In this document: positions 14,227 through 28,171 of the stretch, piece by piece
How the letters are laid out: each line of letters opens with the position of its first letter
Position numbering within the stretch: position 1 is the first letter of the stretch
Position numbers and translations under genes: made by a program
Notes under the pieces: generated by a model
Databases searched by the model: none
What the model saw: only the letters and a program-made list of their open reading frames with translations
Told to the model about the DNA's origin: nothing
Assembly (NCBI GenBank): GCA_038143555.1
Contig: JAYQLZ010000003.1
Location: 40,219-104,218 of the forward strand
Source: Rhodospirillaceae bacterium
Lineage (GTDB): Bacteria; Pseudomonadota; Alphaproteobacteria; TMED109
Reading direction: 5' to 3'
Length of the DNA: 64,000 nucleotides

Positions 14227-15165
14227 TTAATTAAATGACTTTAATTTTTTTATTTTTTCCATAAGTCTTATAGAAGCATAGCCAGCACCTTCACATGATT
14301 TTTTAGTATTTATAATATTTGGTTCACAATGAAGAACAATATCACAACCTGCCTTAATAGCATTTTTAGCTCTATAACTATATGACCCTTTTAAAGCTTT
14401 CATACAAAGATCATCAGAGAACAAAATACCTTCAAAACCTAATTTATTTTTTATAAAACTAATAATTGGTTCTGAATAAGTTGCGCATTTTTCTTTATCT
14501 AAATCTAAATATTTTATGTGCGCTATCATAGCAAAAGGCTGTTTATTTAATTTTTAAAAGGGTAAAAATCTTCTTGTAAAACTTTCTTGGAAGATTTTAT
14601 TATTGGTAAATAATAGTGACTATCTACTTTAGCTCTACCATGTCCTGGTATATGTTTTATTATTGGAAAAACATCTTCTGACAATAACCCCTTGCAAGCT
14701 TGTAATGAAAGTTGACTCACAATTTTAGGGTCTCTAGAAAAAGCTCTGTTTCCTATTACACTACTTGCTCCTTTAACTTTTAAATCTAAAACAGGTGCAC
14801 AATTAAAATTTATACCTAATTTATGAAGATTATATCCTATATCTTTAAAGTTTTCATACGTTAATCTTTTGGCCTTAGCTAAATTGTTACTTGCAATTTT
14901 ACCAAAATAATTTGCATCAGGATAAGTTTTCCAATAATCTTTATTTAATCTAGAAACTTTTCCTCCTTCCTGATCAATTAGTATCATAGCTTCTTTACCT
15001 AAAATTTTTCTAATAGATCTTGTTAACCTCTGTATTTGTTTAGGGTTATTAATATTTCTACTAAAAAGTATTACACCTAAAGGTTGTTTCTCTTGAAGCA
15101 GCCTTTTTTTCATCTAAGCTTAAATTAAGTCCTTTAACACCAATAACTATAGCAGATTTATTCAT
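14227..15165 (-). CDS. nagZ: Beta-N-acetylhexosaminidase, GH3 (frameshifted)
   Basis: GVILFSRN, IDQEGGKV, KHIPGHG..DSH, FSDDLCM. Confidence 0.95.
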
Positions 15166-15920
15166 TATTTTTTTTAATTATACATTTACTGATACTTATA
15201 TTATCACAAAAAATATTTGCTTCCTTTTTGCTCTTAAATTTTCCAACTAAAAGTCTAAAAAAAACTCTATTATCTTTCAACTCAGCTTTTTGAGAAATAT
15301 AAGTTAGGTTTGTGATAAATTTAAAATATTTCTTTTTAAATCTATTCCATTCTTTTTCTACTAAGTCTTTTTTAGAAAGTGAAGCTACTTGAACATAAAA
15401 AATTACTACTTTATCATTATTATTTTCTTCTAAATTCAAATTATTTTTTGATTTATTTTAATTTGATCATTATTATTTTTAAATCACTTTTAATTTTTTT
15501 CTTCTGAGCTATTTTTTTCTCTAATATTTGATTTTTTCTGAAGGTTTTATATCAACTTTCGTACCATCTATTGATTTATTTTCTTTGTTTACTTGGGTAT
15601 TTTTTGTTTCTGTTTTATTTTCTATTTTATTGCTTTTATTTTCAAAAGTTATTTTCTTCTTCTGGATTATTTTGCAATATTCCACCTTGATTTTTCTTAT
15701 CTTCAAATGCCTGCCAGACTTTACTTTTTTCATTTGGAAAGCTTTGATCTTTAGGAGCTAAGGATTTTTTAAATTGATTTTCAGGCTCTATAACTATTAT
15801 ATTATCTTGTACAGCAAATTTTTCTTCTAAAAATTTAAAATATCCTAAAGACCATACTAGTAAAAGTATATTTACTATTATAAATAATATAATCCAAATT
15901 TTATAATTTTTATTTATCAC
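15158..15920 (-). CDS. SPOR-domain membrane protein (frameshifted)
   Basis: N-terminal TM, low-complexity linker, C-terminal YVQVASL..FRLLVG..A..FC; conserved argS-SPOR-nagZ order. Confidence 0.85.
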
Positions 15921-17621
15921 ATTTTTTCCACAGGTTTTATTGCTAATATGTCTAAACCTAATTTAATAACTTTACTAATACAATTTAACAAAGTAAGTCT
16001 TGCTACAGTTAATTCAATATCTGCTTCATTAATTACTCTCATATTACTATCTAAGTTTCCTTTACTCCAATAATTATGAAAAGCTCTAGCTAAATCTATC
16101 AAATAATAAACAACCCTATGAGGTTCTTTATAAACAACTGAACTCTCAATAATTTTAGGCCATAAAGATAATGTTTTTAATAAAATAATCTCATTATCAT
16201 TAAATCTATCAAATAATTTTTGATTAAAATCAATAAGTTCTATTTTTTTTCTTTAAAAAACTTATTTAAGGAATTTATTCTTGCTATAGCATATTGAATA
16301 TAAAAAATAGGATTTTCTTTACTTTCGTCTAAACATTTCTTCATATCAAAATCTAAATGTGCATCATTTTTCTAATTAACATAAAAAATCTTACTACATC
16401 TTTGTCAATTTTTTTTAAAATATCATTTATTAAAATAAAATTACCTGACCTCTTAGACATTTTAACACTTTTATTATTTTCAAGAAGGTTTACTATTTGA
16501 CATAGTTTTACATTAAACTTTATATGATCATTACCTAGTGCTTTAATGGATGCATCTACTCTTTTAATATACCCTGCATGGTCAGCGCCCCAAATATTTA
16601 TTATTTCCTCAAAGCCTCTTTCAACTTTATTATAGTGATAGGCAATATCTGATGCGAAATAAGTCCATTCTCCATTATTTTTTTTATAGCTCTATCAACA
16701 CTATCACCAAAATTAGAAGATTTAAAAATTAATTGATCTTCTGGCTTCCAATTTATATCTTTTTTTCCCTTAGGTGCTTCTAAAGTTCCTTCATAAATTA
16801 AATTTTTTATTTAATAAATCTAAAACCTGATTTAAAATTCCCTGTTCATGAATTGCTTTTTCTGAAATAAAACTATCAAATACAATTCCCAATTTCATTA
16901 AATCTTTTTTTATTAAATCCAATATTTTTTCAACTATTCTTTCTTTCGCTTGTATTTTATTACTTAAATCAATATTTTCTTTTATTAATTTCAACGCTAT
17001 TTCTTTTAAATAATCTCCTAAATACATACCTTCTTTTAAGGCTTTATTAGTATTATTAACTTTATTTTCAATATGTATTTTTATAGTTTGAAATAAGTTT
17101 TCTATTTGATTACCTAAATCATTTACATAATATTCTTTAGTTACTTTAAAACCTGTTTTAGACATCAGCCTAGAAAGTACATCACCAAATACTGCGCCTC
17201 TTAAATGCCCTACATGCAAAGGACCAGTTGGGTTAGCAGATATAAACTCTAAATTAACTTTTCTATTAGAGCCTATATTTTTAAAACCATAATTATTATT
17301 TGTATTTATATTACATATAACCTCATACCAAATATTTTTATTTAAGATAAAATTTATAAAACCAGGTTTTACATATGTAACTCTTTCAAATATTGAAATA
17401 GCCTCAAGATCAACTATAATCAAATTTTTTATCTCATTTATATCTTCACTAATTATATTTTTTAAAATCATCAATATATTAGTAGATAAGTCACCAAATT
17501 TAAAATTTTTTGGTTGTTCACAAGTTATTAAATTTAATGTTTTAATATCTAATTGATTATACCTTTTAGTAACAACATCTAAAATTATATCTCTTACTTT
17601 ATTATAAATGTCCATTACCAA
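15917..17621 (-). CDS. argS: Arginine--tRNA ligase (frameshifted)
   Basis: [38 protein letters not shown]-terminal VEKM. Confidence 0.96.
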
Positions 17622-18777
17622 CCTTTATTAAAGTCATATAATTTTTTATGTTCATTTATTGCAAACCTATCAGTCATACCGGCAATGTAATCAGAAATAA
17701 TTCTATTTCTAGCAAAAGAATTTTTTGCCATATCATAATTAAGCTTCCATTCATTTGGCAAACAGTCAGCCTCTTTAGAATAAATTTTAAATAAATCAGA
17801 AACTATTCTTTTAGCCTTACTAGTCATTCTATTAATTTCATAATGTTTGTACATTTTGGTTGTTAGAAAGGCTCTAATTTCTCTCATACTTAAAGTCATT
17901 GCATCAGAAAACTCAATCAAAGGCTTACCTAACAACCTCACATCTTGACTGCTCTTTGGTTGAAATTTTTTAATATTTTCTTTTGTTTTTAGAACAAAGT
18001 CTACAATCATTTTAGAAATAATCAGTCTTCTTATTTCATTCACTATTCTTTTTACAGAATAATCATTTATTTTTTTATATAAGTTTTTTTTTACATCATT
18101 GAGTATAGAAAAAGTATCAATTATTTCTTCTAATGTAAAAAAATTTGCTCTTACCCCATCTTCAAAATCATGACTAAAATAAGCAATATCATCAGATAAA
18201 GCTGCAACTTGAGCTTCTGGCCCACACCAGGTTTCTATTTCTAGGTTCATACCATTTTCTAAATAATCTTGTATTGCAAAAGGAAGGTTATTTTCTTTTA
18301 AAGGTCCGTTATGCTTTACTATTCCTTCTAATGTTTCCCAGGTTAAATTAAGACCATCAAAACTAAAATATTTTTTCTCTAATAGAGTAATTATTCTTAA
18401 AGTTTGTGCATTATGATCAAATCCTCCATAATCTGACATAGATTTATTTAAGGATTCTTCGCCAGCATGACCAAATGGCGTATGACCCAAATCATGAGCC
18501 AAAGCAATTACCTCAGATAAATCTTCATCTAAAACAAGCATTCTTGCTATAGTTCTAGCTATTTGACTAACTTCTAGGCTATGTGTAAGCCTAGATCTAT
18601 AGTGATCGCCCTCATGGTGAACAAATACTTGAGTTTTATGTTCTAATCTTCTAAATGCAGAGGAATGAATTACTCTATCTCTATCTCTTTGATATATAGA
18701 TCTATTAACATCCTCTTTTTCTTTATAAAGTCGACCTTTACTTGTTCTGAAGTTTGTAGAAAAATTTTTTTAAACAT
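17615..18777 (-). CDS. dgt: Deoxyguanosinetriphosphate triphosphohydrolase (frameshift near 5' end)
   Basis: RDRDRVIHSSAFRRL, RLTHSLEV, AHDLGHTPFGHAGE, DYIAGMTD. Confidence 0.93.
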
Positions 18778-18811
18778 TGTAATAATCAACCTTTGATATT
18801 ATATACTTAAT

Positions 18812-19171
18812 ATGGATAAAACTTCTAATAAAAATAAAAAAAATATATTATTATCTAACAATGCTATTAATCAGTTTAAAAAAATACTTTTAAATGAAGA
18901 TAAAAATTCTTTTGTCAGATTATTAGTAGATAGTGGAGGTTGTTCTGGTTTTTCATATAAATTTTCAGTAGATAAAAACATTGATAATTTAAATGATATT
19001 ATAATACTAGAAGAAGAAAATAAAAATATATTTGTTACTGACAAAGTTTCTTTTGATTATCTAAAAGATTCTTCTGTAGACTGGGTTGAAAGTTTAACTA
19101 ATTCGCAATTTACTATCTCAAATCCAATAGCAAAATCTAGCTGTGGTTGTGGTTCGTCTTTTTCAATATGA
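18812..19171 (+). CDS. erpA: A-type Fe-S cluster carrier (ErpA/IscA family)
   Basis: GGCSGFSY, CGCGSSF; conserved dgt/erpA-xth arrangement. Confidence 0.88.
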   Translation: MDKTSNKNKKNILLSNNAINQFKKILLNEDKNSFVRLLVDSGGCSGFSYKFSVDKNIDNLNDIIILEEENKNIFVTDKVSFDYLKDSSVDWVESLTNSQFTISNPIAKSSCGCGSSFSI

Positions 19172-19954
19172 CAAAAGTGTCAATTGCTACTTGGAATGTT
19201 AATTCCATTAGAGCAAGACTAAATGTTCTGCTTAAATGGCTTAAAAAAAAAACCCTGATATATTGCTTTTACAAGAGTTGAAAGCTCAAGAAGATGATAT
19301 ACCTAGAACAGAACTAGAAGATCTTAATTATAATTTTATAACTTTTGGGCAAAAAGCATATAATGGTGTAGCCATTTTGTCTAAATATCCTATCTCTGAT
19401 ATTACTTATAATTTACCTGACTTTGACCAAGACAAGCAATCTAGATACATAGAAGGATTTATTAATATAGACAAAAAAGGAATTAGAGTAGCCTCTATTT
19501 ACGCTCCCAATGGTAATCCTATAAATTCTGAAAAATATAGCTACAAAATAGAATGGTTAAAAAAATTTTGTAACTATGCAAATAAGCTTTTAGAGTTTGA
19601 AGAATATACATTTTTAGGAGGTGATTTTAATATATGCCCTAAAAGTCTTGATGCAGCTGATGAAAACCTTCTAAGCAATGACGCCATATATACAACAGAT
19701 GTTAAGAACTTGTATAAAAATATTATTAATTTAGGTTATTATGATTCTTTTAGAAGTATAAATCCTGATATCCAGGTTTTACTTATTGGGATTATGGTCA
19801 ATCCTTTAAAAATGACATTGGTGTTAGAATAGATCACTTTCTAATATCACCATATGCATTGGATATAGTTGATAAAATTTATGTTGATAAGGAACCTCGT
19901 GCTTGGGAAAAACCATCTGATCATACGCCACTAGTTTTAGAAATAGAAATATGA
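19168..19954 (+). CDS. xth: Exodeoxyribonuclease III (frameshifted)
   Basis: ATWNVNSIRAR, LQELK, YNGVAI, GDFN, RIDHFL, PSDHTP. Confidence 0.95.
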
Positions 19955-20439
19955 TAACTGTTTATCAAAATGGTGAACTTCATTTTCAAAATAAAATATA
20001 TAAATGTGCTATAGGAAGAAATGGTATTAAAAAAAACAAAAAGAAGGAGATGGTTGCACACCAGAAGGTACATATTCATTAGGTCCTTTGTACTATCGTT
20101 CTGATAGAATTAAAAAACTAAAAACCTATTTTAATACTATTTCCATAGATAAGAATATGTTTTGGTCTGATGATCCTCAAAGTGAACATTACAATAAATT
20201 AATAAGGTTTAAAGACTCTTCTTATGAAAATTTATTCAAAAAAATCATACTTATGACATAATTTATAGTTATTAAATATAATATTGATCCTATAATAAAA
20301 GGAAAAGGAAGCGCTATATTTATACATTTAGCTAAAAAAGACTTTTCCTACTTCTGGTTGTATTGCATTAAAAAAAAAATGTATTCTTGAAATTTGAAAA
20401 ATTAATATAACAGATAAAATAAAAATAATAAGTGACTAA
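19951..20439 (+). CDS. YkuD/L,D-transpeptidase-like protein (frameshifted, missing from ORF track)
   Basis: Hand translation: IGRNGI..KEGDGCTPEG, WSDDPQS..YN, KGSAIFIH..TSGCIAL (His and Cys catalytic motif). Confidence 0.82.
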
Positions 20440-20709
20440 AATTATCTATGTTTCATGCTTTCTATAACGTTTTTAAAAATTGAACTATTAAATTAGTATC
20501 TAGATTCATCTATCTCTAAATACAGAGTAATATTTAAACTTAAATACTGTATAAATAAACTTTCTTATGCTTATTAAAAATTTTGCTATTATTTAATAAA
20601 ATATATAGCAATCAAAGTACATCTTCATTAGAAGTTAGTATCGGATAATTAAAAGTTTATTAAATATAAAATATTAAACAAAAAATCTAACTTCAACAAA
20701 AAGTTCTAG

Positions 20710-22431
20710 CTATATATCAGCATAACAAAATTTTTTGCTTATTTGCCAGGATGTGTAACTGCTCCATTTAATGCTGATCCAACTAATTGAGAATATTTCC
20801 ATAAATCTCCTGATTGATAATCGTGATTTTTTAGGTTTCCATTGTTTTTTCTTGATATTAACTCTTCTTCAGTTACGTTTACTTCTAAAATACCATTATT
20901 AGCATCAATAAATATTTCGTCTCCATCATGTATAAGAGCAATATTACCTCCAACAGCAGCCTCTGGTCCTACGTACCCCTATACAAAATCCTCTTGTAGC
21001 TCCTGAAAACCTACCATCAGTAATTAAAGCAACTTTATCACCCATTCCTTGTCCATAAATAGCTGATGTAGTTGCTAACATTTCTCTCATACCAGGTCCT
21101 CCTCTAGGTCCTTCATATCTAATAACAATTACATCTCCCTCTTTATAGTTTTTATTTTGTACGGCTTCATAAGCTGCCTCTTCACTATCAAAAACTCTTG
21201 CTGGGCCTTTATGGACTAATCTTGTCATCCCAGCAACTTTAACAATAGCTCCTTCCTTAGCAATATTACCTTTTAAGCCTACTACTCCTCCTGTTTTAGT
21301 AATTGGATTATTAATATTTCTAATAACCTTTTGATTATTAGGAAATACTATATTTTCTAAATTTTCTTTTAACAGTTTTTCCAGTTACTGTGAGACAGTT
21401 CATATTTAAATGCCCTCCTTCAGCAAGTGCTTTTAATAATACTGGTACTCCTCCAGCTTCATATAAATCTTTAGCAACATAGTTGCCACCTGGCTTTAAG
21501 TCAGCAATATAAGGCGTTGACTTAAAAATATCTGCAACATCAAATAAATCAAATTTTATTCCTGCTTCATTTGCCATAGCAGGTAAATGTAAAGCTGCAT
21601 TTGTAGAACCTCCAGATGCTGCAACTGCTCTTGCAGCATTCTCAAGTGAATCTAATGTCACTATATCTCTAGGTCTTATTTTATTTTTAATGCATTCCAT
21701 AACAATTTTTCCTGCATTGTAAGCATAATCATCTCTGCTTTCATAAGGAGCAGGTGCCATAGTAGAGTTTGGTAAAGCTAATCCTATAGCTTCTGATACA
21801 CAGGCCATAGTATTAGCTGTAAATTGTCCTCCACAACTTCCAGCTGATGGACATGCTACTTTTTCAATATCTTCTAATTCATTTTCCGTAATAGATTCCT
21901 CCAGAAAAATTTCCTACAGCTTCAAAAACATCTTGTACAGTAATATCCTTTCCTTTATACCTACCTGGTAAAATTGATCCTCCATAAATAAAACACGGAT
22001 GGTATATTTAATCTAAGCATAGCCATCATCACACCAGGCAAAGCTTTATCACATCCTGCAAGTCCCACTAAACTATCATATGAATGTCCTCTAACACTTA
22101 GCTCAATACTATCAGCTATAGCTTCTCTACTAGCTAAAGAAGCTTTCATACCTTGATGCCCCATTGCTATACCATCTGTAACAGTAATTGTTGTAAACTC
22201 TCTTGGAGTTCCCTCTGCATCTAATACTCCTTTTTTAACAGCTTGTGCTTGTCTTCTTAGAGTAATATTACAAGGAGCTGATTCATTCCATGTACTCACT
22301 ACTCCTACAAAAGGCTGGTTTATTTGTTTTTTTGTCATTCCCATAGCATAATAATAAGATCTATGTGGAGCACTACTTGGTCCTATACTAGTGTATCTGC
22401 TTGGTAACTTTGATTTATCAAATTTTGTCAT
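20710..22431 (-). CDS. ilvD: Dihydroxy-acid dehydratase (frameshifted)
   Basis: [42 protein letters not shown]. Confidence 0.96.
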
Positions 22432-22446
22432 TTCTCCTCCTAATTA

Positions 22447-25102
22447 TTATGATTTAATTTGAGTTAGAATTTTGTTTTTTAAAGATAATTTTTGTTTCAT
22501 TTTTTTTGTAAATTTTTCTACTACTATTGGTGGAGCTTTTTTTAAAAATTCATCATTCTCTACCTTATTTTTTAAAACTAAAATATCTTTTTCTAAATTT
22601 GAATAGTTGTTCTTCTAAAATTTTATTATCTTTTGATAATACATTTTTATTCTCTATTTGTTTTTTATTTATATAAAAAATAAAATTAGTATTAATAAAT
22701 TTCATAAAATTTTTATTATTTATTTCTTCGTTTTTTACTTGTGTAAGATTTATTCTTCCTAGTGCATTAATTAAAATAAAATTATTTTTAATTACTGAAA
22801 TTATCTACATTATAAAAAATCTCAATTATATTTCTAGGCTCTATTTTAAGATTAGCCTTAATATTTCTACAAGCTGTTATTATTTTAATTATATCCTCAA
22901 CTTCATTGAAACTCTTTTCATAAAATTAAAAGAAATATTACTAGGCCATTCTTCTTCCATTATAAAATTTTTATTATTTAAATAATTTATATATATATCA
23001 TCAGTCATAAAGGGCATGAAAGGATGAGCTAATTTAAGAATATTTTTAAAAACTATGCTTGCACATAATTTAATCTCTTCTTTATTGTTTTCATTATTCT
23101 CATTATTAAGATAAATTTTAATAAATTCTAAATACCAATCACAAAATATATTTTTAGTAAATTTATATATATCTTTAGTAGCTTCATTAAATTTATAATT
23201 TTCAATATTGGATGTAATACTATTTGTATAATTATTTAATAACTTTAAAATCCATAAATTTATTTTATTATTAAAATGATTATCTGTTTTTGTTTTTGAA
23301 ATTTCAAAACATCCATTTTTATTTAAAAAATTATATGCATTTCTAATCTTAGTTATAAAGTTTCTATTTATTTTTACATTATCTTCAGAAAGTTTTATAT
23401 CTCTTCCTTGAGCAGCCATTAAAGATAATGTATATCTTAATGCATCAGCTCCAAATTTATCAATAATATTAAGAGGGTCTATAACATTACCTTTTGACTT
23501 TGACATTTTATTACCATATTGATCTCTTACTAAAGCATGAATATAGACATTTTTAAAAGGTACTTTATTTGTAAAATTGGCAGATTGCATCATCATTCTA
23601 GCTACCCAAAAAAATATTATATCAAAGCCTGTAACTAAAACATTTGTTGGGAAATATTTTTTAAAAAAAATATTTTTTGTATCTGGCCACCCTAATGTAG
23701 ACATAGGCCATAATGCAGAAGAAAACCAAGTATCAAGAACATCTGTTTCTTGTTTTAATTGTTTTTTTTCCTTATAAAAATCCATTGCTAATTTATTAGC
23801 TTGCTCTTCACTATTAGCAGCAAATGCTTTACCATCTGGACAATACCAAATGGGTATTCTATGTCCCCACCAAATTTGTCTTGAAATACACCAAGGCTCT
23901 ATTTCATTTAACCATAAAAAAAATGTTTTATTCCAAGAAGATGGATGAAATTTTGTTTCATTATTTTTAACAAATTTTAATACTTTTTCTGCTAATGGTT
24001 TTACATTCATAAACCATTGATCAGTTAAATAAGGCTCTATAATGCTTGAGGATCTATCTCCATAAGGTATTGTATGATTATTTTTTCTATTTTGATAAAA
24101 TTTCCATATTCTTTCAAATCTTGTATAATTATATTTCTTGCTTTTATTCTATCTATTCCTTGGTACTTAGAAGGAACGTTATTATTTAATTTTCCATATT
24201 TATCAAATACTATTTTTAATTTTAGATTATTTTTCTTTCCTATTTTATAATCATTAAAATCATGTGCTGGTGTAATTTTTAAAACACCACTTCCTTTTTC
24301 TATATCAACATAATCGTCAGATATAATAGGTATAGTCTCATTACACAGTGGTAAATGTACTTTTTCCAATTAAGCTTTTATACCTAACTATCATTAGGGT
24401 TTACAGCTAAACATTGATCTCCAAATAATGTTTCAGGCCTTGTAGTTGCCACTTCAAGATATTTTGAACTGTCTACAATAAAATACTTTAAATAATAAAA
24501 CTCTCCTTCCTTTTCTACTTGCTCAACTTCCAAATCAGAAATAGCAGTTTGCAAACTAATATCCCAATTAACAAGTCTTTTGTCTTTATATATTAATCCT
24601 TTTTAAACAACTCAATGAAAGTAAAATTTACAGCATCAGACATATCTTTATCTAAAGTAAATCTTTGCCTTTTCCAATCTGGTGAAGCACCTAACCTCTT
24701 TATTTGATTAATTATTCTATCTCCAGACTTTTTTTCCATTCCCAAATTTTTTTAATAAAACCTTCTTTTCCTATATCATTTTTACTTAAATTTCTCTCAC
24801 TTTTAAAGATTAGATTCAACTATTTTTTGCGTTGCTATTCCTGCATGGTCTGTACCAGGCTGCCACAAAACATCTTTTTTATTCATTCTCCAATATCTTG
24901 CTAAAATATCCTGTAGTGTCATATTTAAAGCATGTCCTATATGAAGTGTTCCTGTTACATTAGGAGGTGGCATCATTATAGAAAACTTTTCATTTTTTTC
25001 TTCAGGATGAGCATCAAATAAATTTTTATCTAACCACTTTTGGTATAATTTTTTTTCTAACTCTAGATGATCAACATCTTTTTCAATTAGTTTTAATAAC
25101 AT
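22447..25102 (-). CDS. valS: Valine--tRNA ligase (frameshifted)
   Basis: [37 protein letters not shown]. Confidence 0.97.
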
Positions 25103-25113
25103 AATTAAAACTA

Positions 25114-25547
25114 TTATTTATGTTTTTGAGTAGCTTTTGATATTAATTTAATTTCTTGTATTACAATAGTCTTTACAAACGATTTTAAGTTCTTACTAAT
25201 CCACTTTTTAATAATTGGTTTAATCTCTATCTACTAATGCTTCTACTGGATCTTTTGTTTTATTTAAAGGATTTGATATGCTATTTAACTATTTTTTTTT
25301 TAGGCTTGTTTGACTTACTTTCAGTTTTAACTTTTTTATTTTGAGTAATATTATTATTTTTTTCTTGAACAGCTTTATTATTAAATTTGTCTTTAATTAC
25401 AATTTTTTGATCATATTTTTTACCTTTTGATACTATTTTATCCAATAAAATAAAATTATCATCATCACTCTGTGTTTCATTTTTTTGATTGATACTATTT
25501 CTAATATGATCAAGTTCTTCATTAATAGTAGGCTTATTATTTTCCAT
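25114..25547 (-). CDS. popZ: DUF2497/PopZ-like polar organizing protein (frameshifted)
   Basis: N-terminal [14 protein letters not shown] helix; hand-read C-terminus [33 protein letters not shown]; located between tolC and valS. Confidence 0.75.
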
Positions 25548-25571
25548 AGTTGTAATATATCTTAAATTTCA

Positions 25572-26936
25572 TTAGTCTTCAAACCCTAACCACAAATTTT
25601 TAACAGCTAAATAATTTTTATCTAGATCGTAAATATCTACATCTAGATTTAAATCACTAGATGATAGTTTACCCATATAGGCCATTAAATTAAAAATAGT
25701 TATAAATTTATCTCTTTTTACTTTAATTGCCTCTACTTTCTCTTCTAATAAATCTTGTTCTGCATCTAAAACATCTAATAATGTTCTAGAACCTACTTCA
25801 TTTTCTTTTTTAACTCCTTCTACTGCCATTTCATTAGCCTTTATAGTAGACTTTATAGAAACTATTTGAGCCTCTAAACTATTAAGCTCTATCCATAAAA
25901 TCTCTACATCTTTAAGTGCTTTTTTAATATTATAATCAAGAATTTTTGAGCTTTGCATTGCTTCTTTCTTTTTTTGTCTTACATTAGAATAATTATATCC
26001 ACCTGAATATAATGGAAGTTTTAAATTAAATTCCATCTTATAGTTTTCATATTCATCAAAAAAAGTATTCGGTGCCCAGGCATTCTGAGCTGATAAATTT
26101 AAATCTAAAGTAGGAAAGTAATTCAGATGCAGCTGATGAAATTTTAACAAATGATAACTTTTTTCTAAAGCCACTTGCAATAATTTTGGGTTACCTTGTA
26201 AAGTTTCTTTAGTTATATCTTTTAAATTTTCAGGAATAATTATTTTTATTTTGGGAAAATATAATTTTTTAGGAGCCTCTATCCCTATTAAAGAAAAATA
26301 TTTTGACCTTTCTTTTTCTATTTCTCCTCTTGATTTTATTTCATCTGATTTAGCCCTAAGGTATCTAGCTTTTGCTAATGATAAATCTGTGGAAGTAGCT
26401 TCACCTAATTTAAACCTATCATTAGTTGCTTGATAATGTTTTTGTAATAATAATAAATTATTTTTTGCTAATTTATTTATTTCAGTACTAGCCAATAAAG
26501 CAAGATAAATTCTTGATGCTTCTAAAAAATTTCCTGCTCTTGATTTTTTAAATCTGCCCTTTGTGCAAAAATTGAATTATCAGCAATATTTATTAAACTT
26601 TTAGTTCTTCCAAAATCATACAAGTTCTGTTGAATTTCTAAAGTTACTGATTTTGGATTATTATTTTTTGTACTTTCTACACCAGAAGTATTAACTGTAG
26701 TAGTTTCATCACTGCCTAGCACTGCCATATAAATTAATCTGTGGTCTATTTTTACTTAGAGCTTTTGCTAATTCTTCATTGATTGCCTCTAATTTGAATC
26801 TATGGCTTTTTAATAAAGGACTAGTGTTATATGCCTTAGAAAGAGTATCATATAAAGTCTGAGAATAACAAATATTACAAAAAACAAATAAAAGCATTGC
26901 TTTGTATAAAATTAAAAACATCCTTTTCATAATCAT
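25572..26936 (-). CDS. tolC: TolC-family outer membrane protein (frameshifted)
   Basis: Signal peptide, QNLYDFG, RFKLGEAT.TD, VGSRTLLDVLDAEQ. Confidence 0.9.
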
Positions 26937-26945
26937 AAAATATAC

Positions 26946-27613
26946 CTAAATAAAATTAAAATCATTAAGATTATTAACAGTCTTAACAAAAGGAATATTG
27001 ATATCAAACAAAGATTGTTTAAAAAAACCATTCTTTGATTTGTGTATAACACTAAGCTTACTTTCTCTAACTTCATTATTATGTTGCTCACAGAAAAAAA
27101 TCTTACCTTTATCTACCAACTGATTTATTAACTCATCATTTATATCAAAACTTAAATCTATACTTATTATAACATCATATAATCCCTAGCTTTTTATAAC
27201 CATTACTATGATTGCTATTTAAAAAAATTAAATTTTCAATATTTAAATTCTTGATATTACTCTCACCTAGATTGAATATTTTATATCCTCTTCAATAGCA
27301 ATAACAGTTTCAACCATACTAGAAAGTATTGCTGCTTCATAACCATAATTTGCACCAATTAATAAAACTACCTCTTTTCCTGAAAAATTTGCTTCCTGAA
27401 ATATCTTCGCTGAATTTAAAGGAGATGGTAAATATCTTTTCTGAGTAACTTTCAAATTCAGATCACTATATGCTATAGGTTTATGATGATTAGGTAAAAA
27501 ACTCTCTCTTGCTAATGTTTCATATGATTTTAATATTTTATTATTTTTAATAGACGCAGGTAGAAATTGGCCTAAAATCATATTTTTTCTCATTTGAGGG
27601 CGAAATTAGTCAT
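26946..27613 (-). CDS. Second protein-L-isoaspartate O-methyltransferase-like protein (frameshifted)
   Basis: RKNMILGQ, RESFLP..IAYSD, LLIGANYGYEAAILS; conserved position upstream of tolC. Confidence 0.78.
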
Positions 27614-27656
27614 ATTAATAATAATAATTAATTTAAAAAAAATAAAAAGACTTAAG

Positions 27657-28152
27657 TTAGGCTTTTAGTTTAAAATATATTATTTCATATACTATATTAG
27701 ATAAGAATACTGCAACTGCTAATAAAAATAGTACACCTAAGTAATATAGAAAAGTTTTGAAGTAATCTTTTCTTTTTTTTACCACTGCTTTTCCACCTTT
27801 AGGTACTAGAGGACAAGTATGGGGTAATTGTTTTTCAATTTTTTTAATAGTTCTTCCAGAAATCTCATTTTTTTCAGTTATCTCGTTAATTAATTTTTCT
27901 AAAACTTTTGTATTGCGGTGAAAACTAGTAAGTATTTTAGTTGAATCATAAGCATAATTATAAAAAGTTTCCTCAAGCTTAGCCACCCTATTATCCATAG
28001 ATCTTACATCATTAAAAATACCTGTTGCTTTAGGGTTTTCCTTAGAATTAACATTAGCTGGTTTAAGTTCTTTTTTATCTTCGCTATTCTTTTTATCAAA
28101 AAGTGAGTTTCTTAATTCATTAATTTGTTTTTTTTAATCTTATTTCAGACAT
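27657..28152 (-). CDS. Hypothetical coiled-coil protein with C-terminal membrane anchor (frameshift near 5' end)
   Basis: ORF 27657-27998 extends upstream; ATG at 28152 after GGTGT; hydrophobic C-terminal segment. Confidence 0.6.
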
Positions 28153-28171
28153 CTTACACCATCAATTGAGT

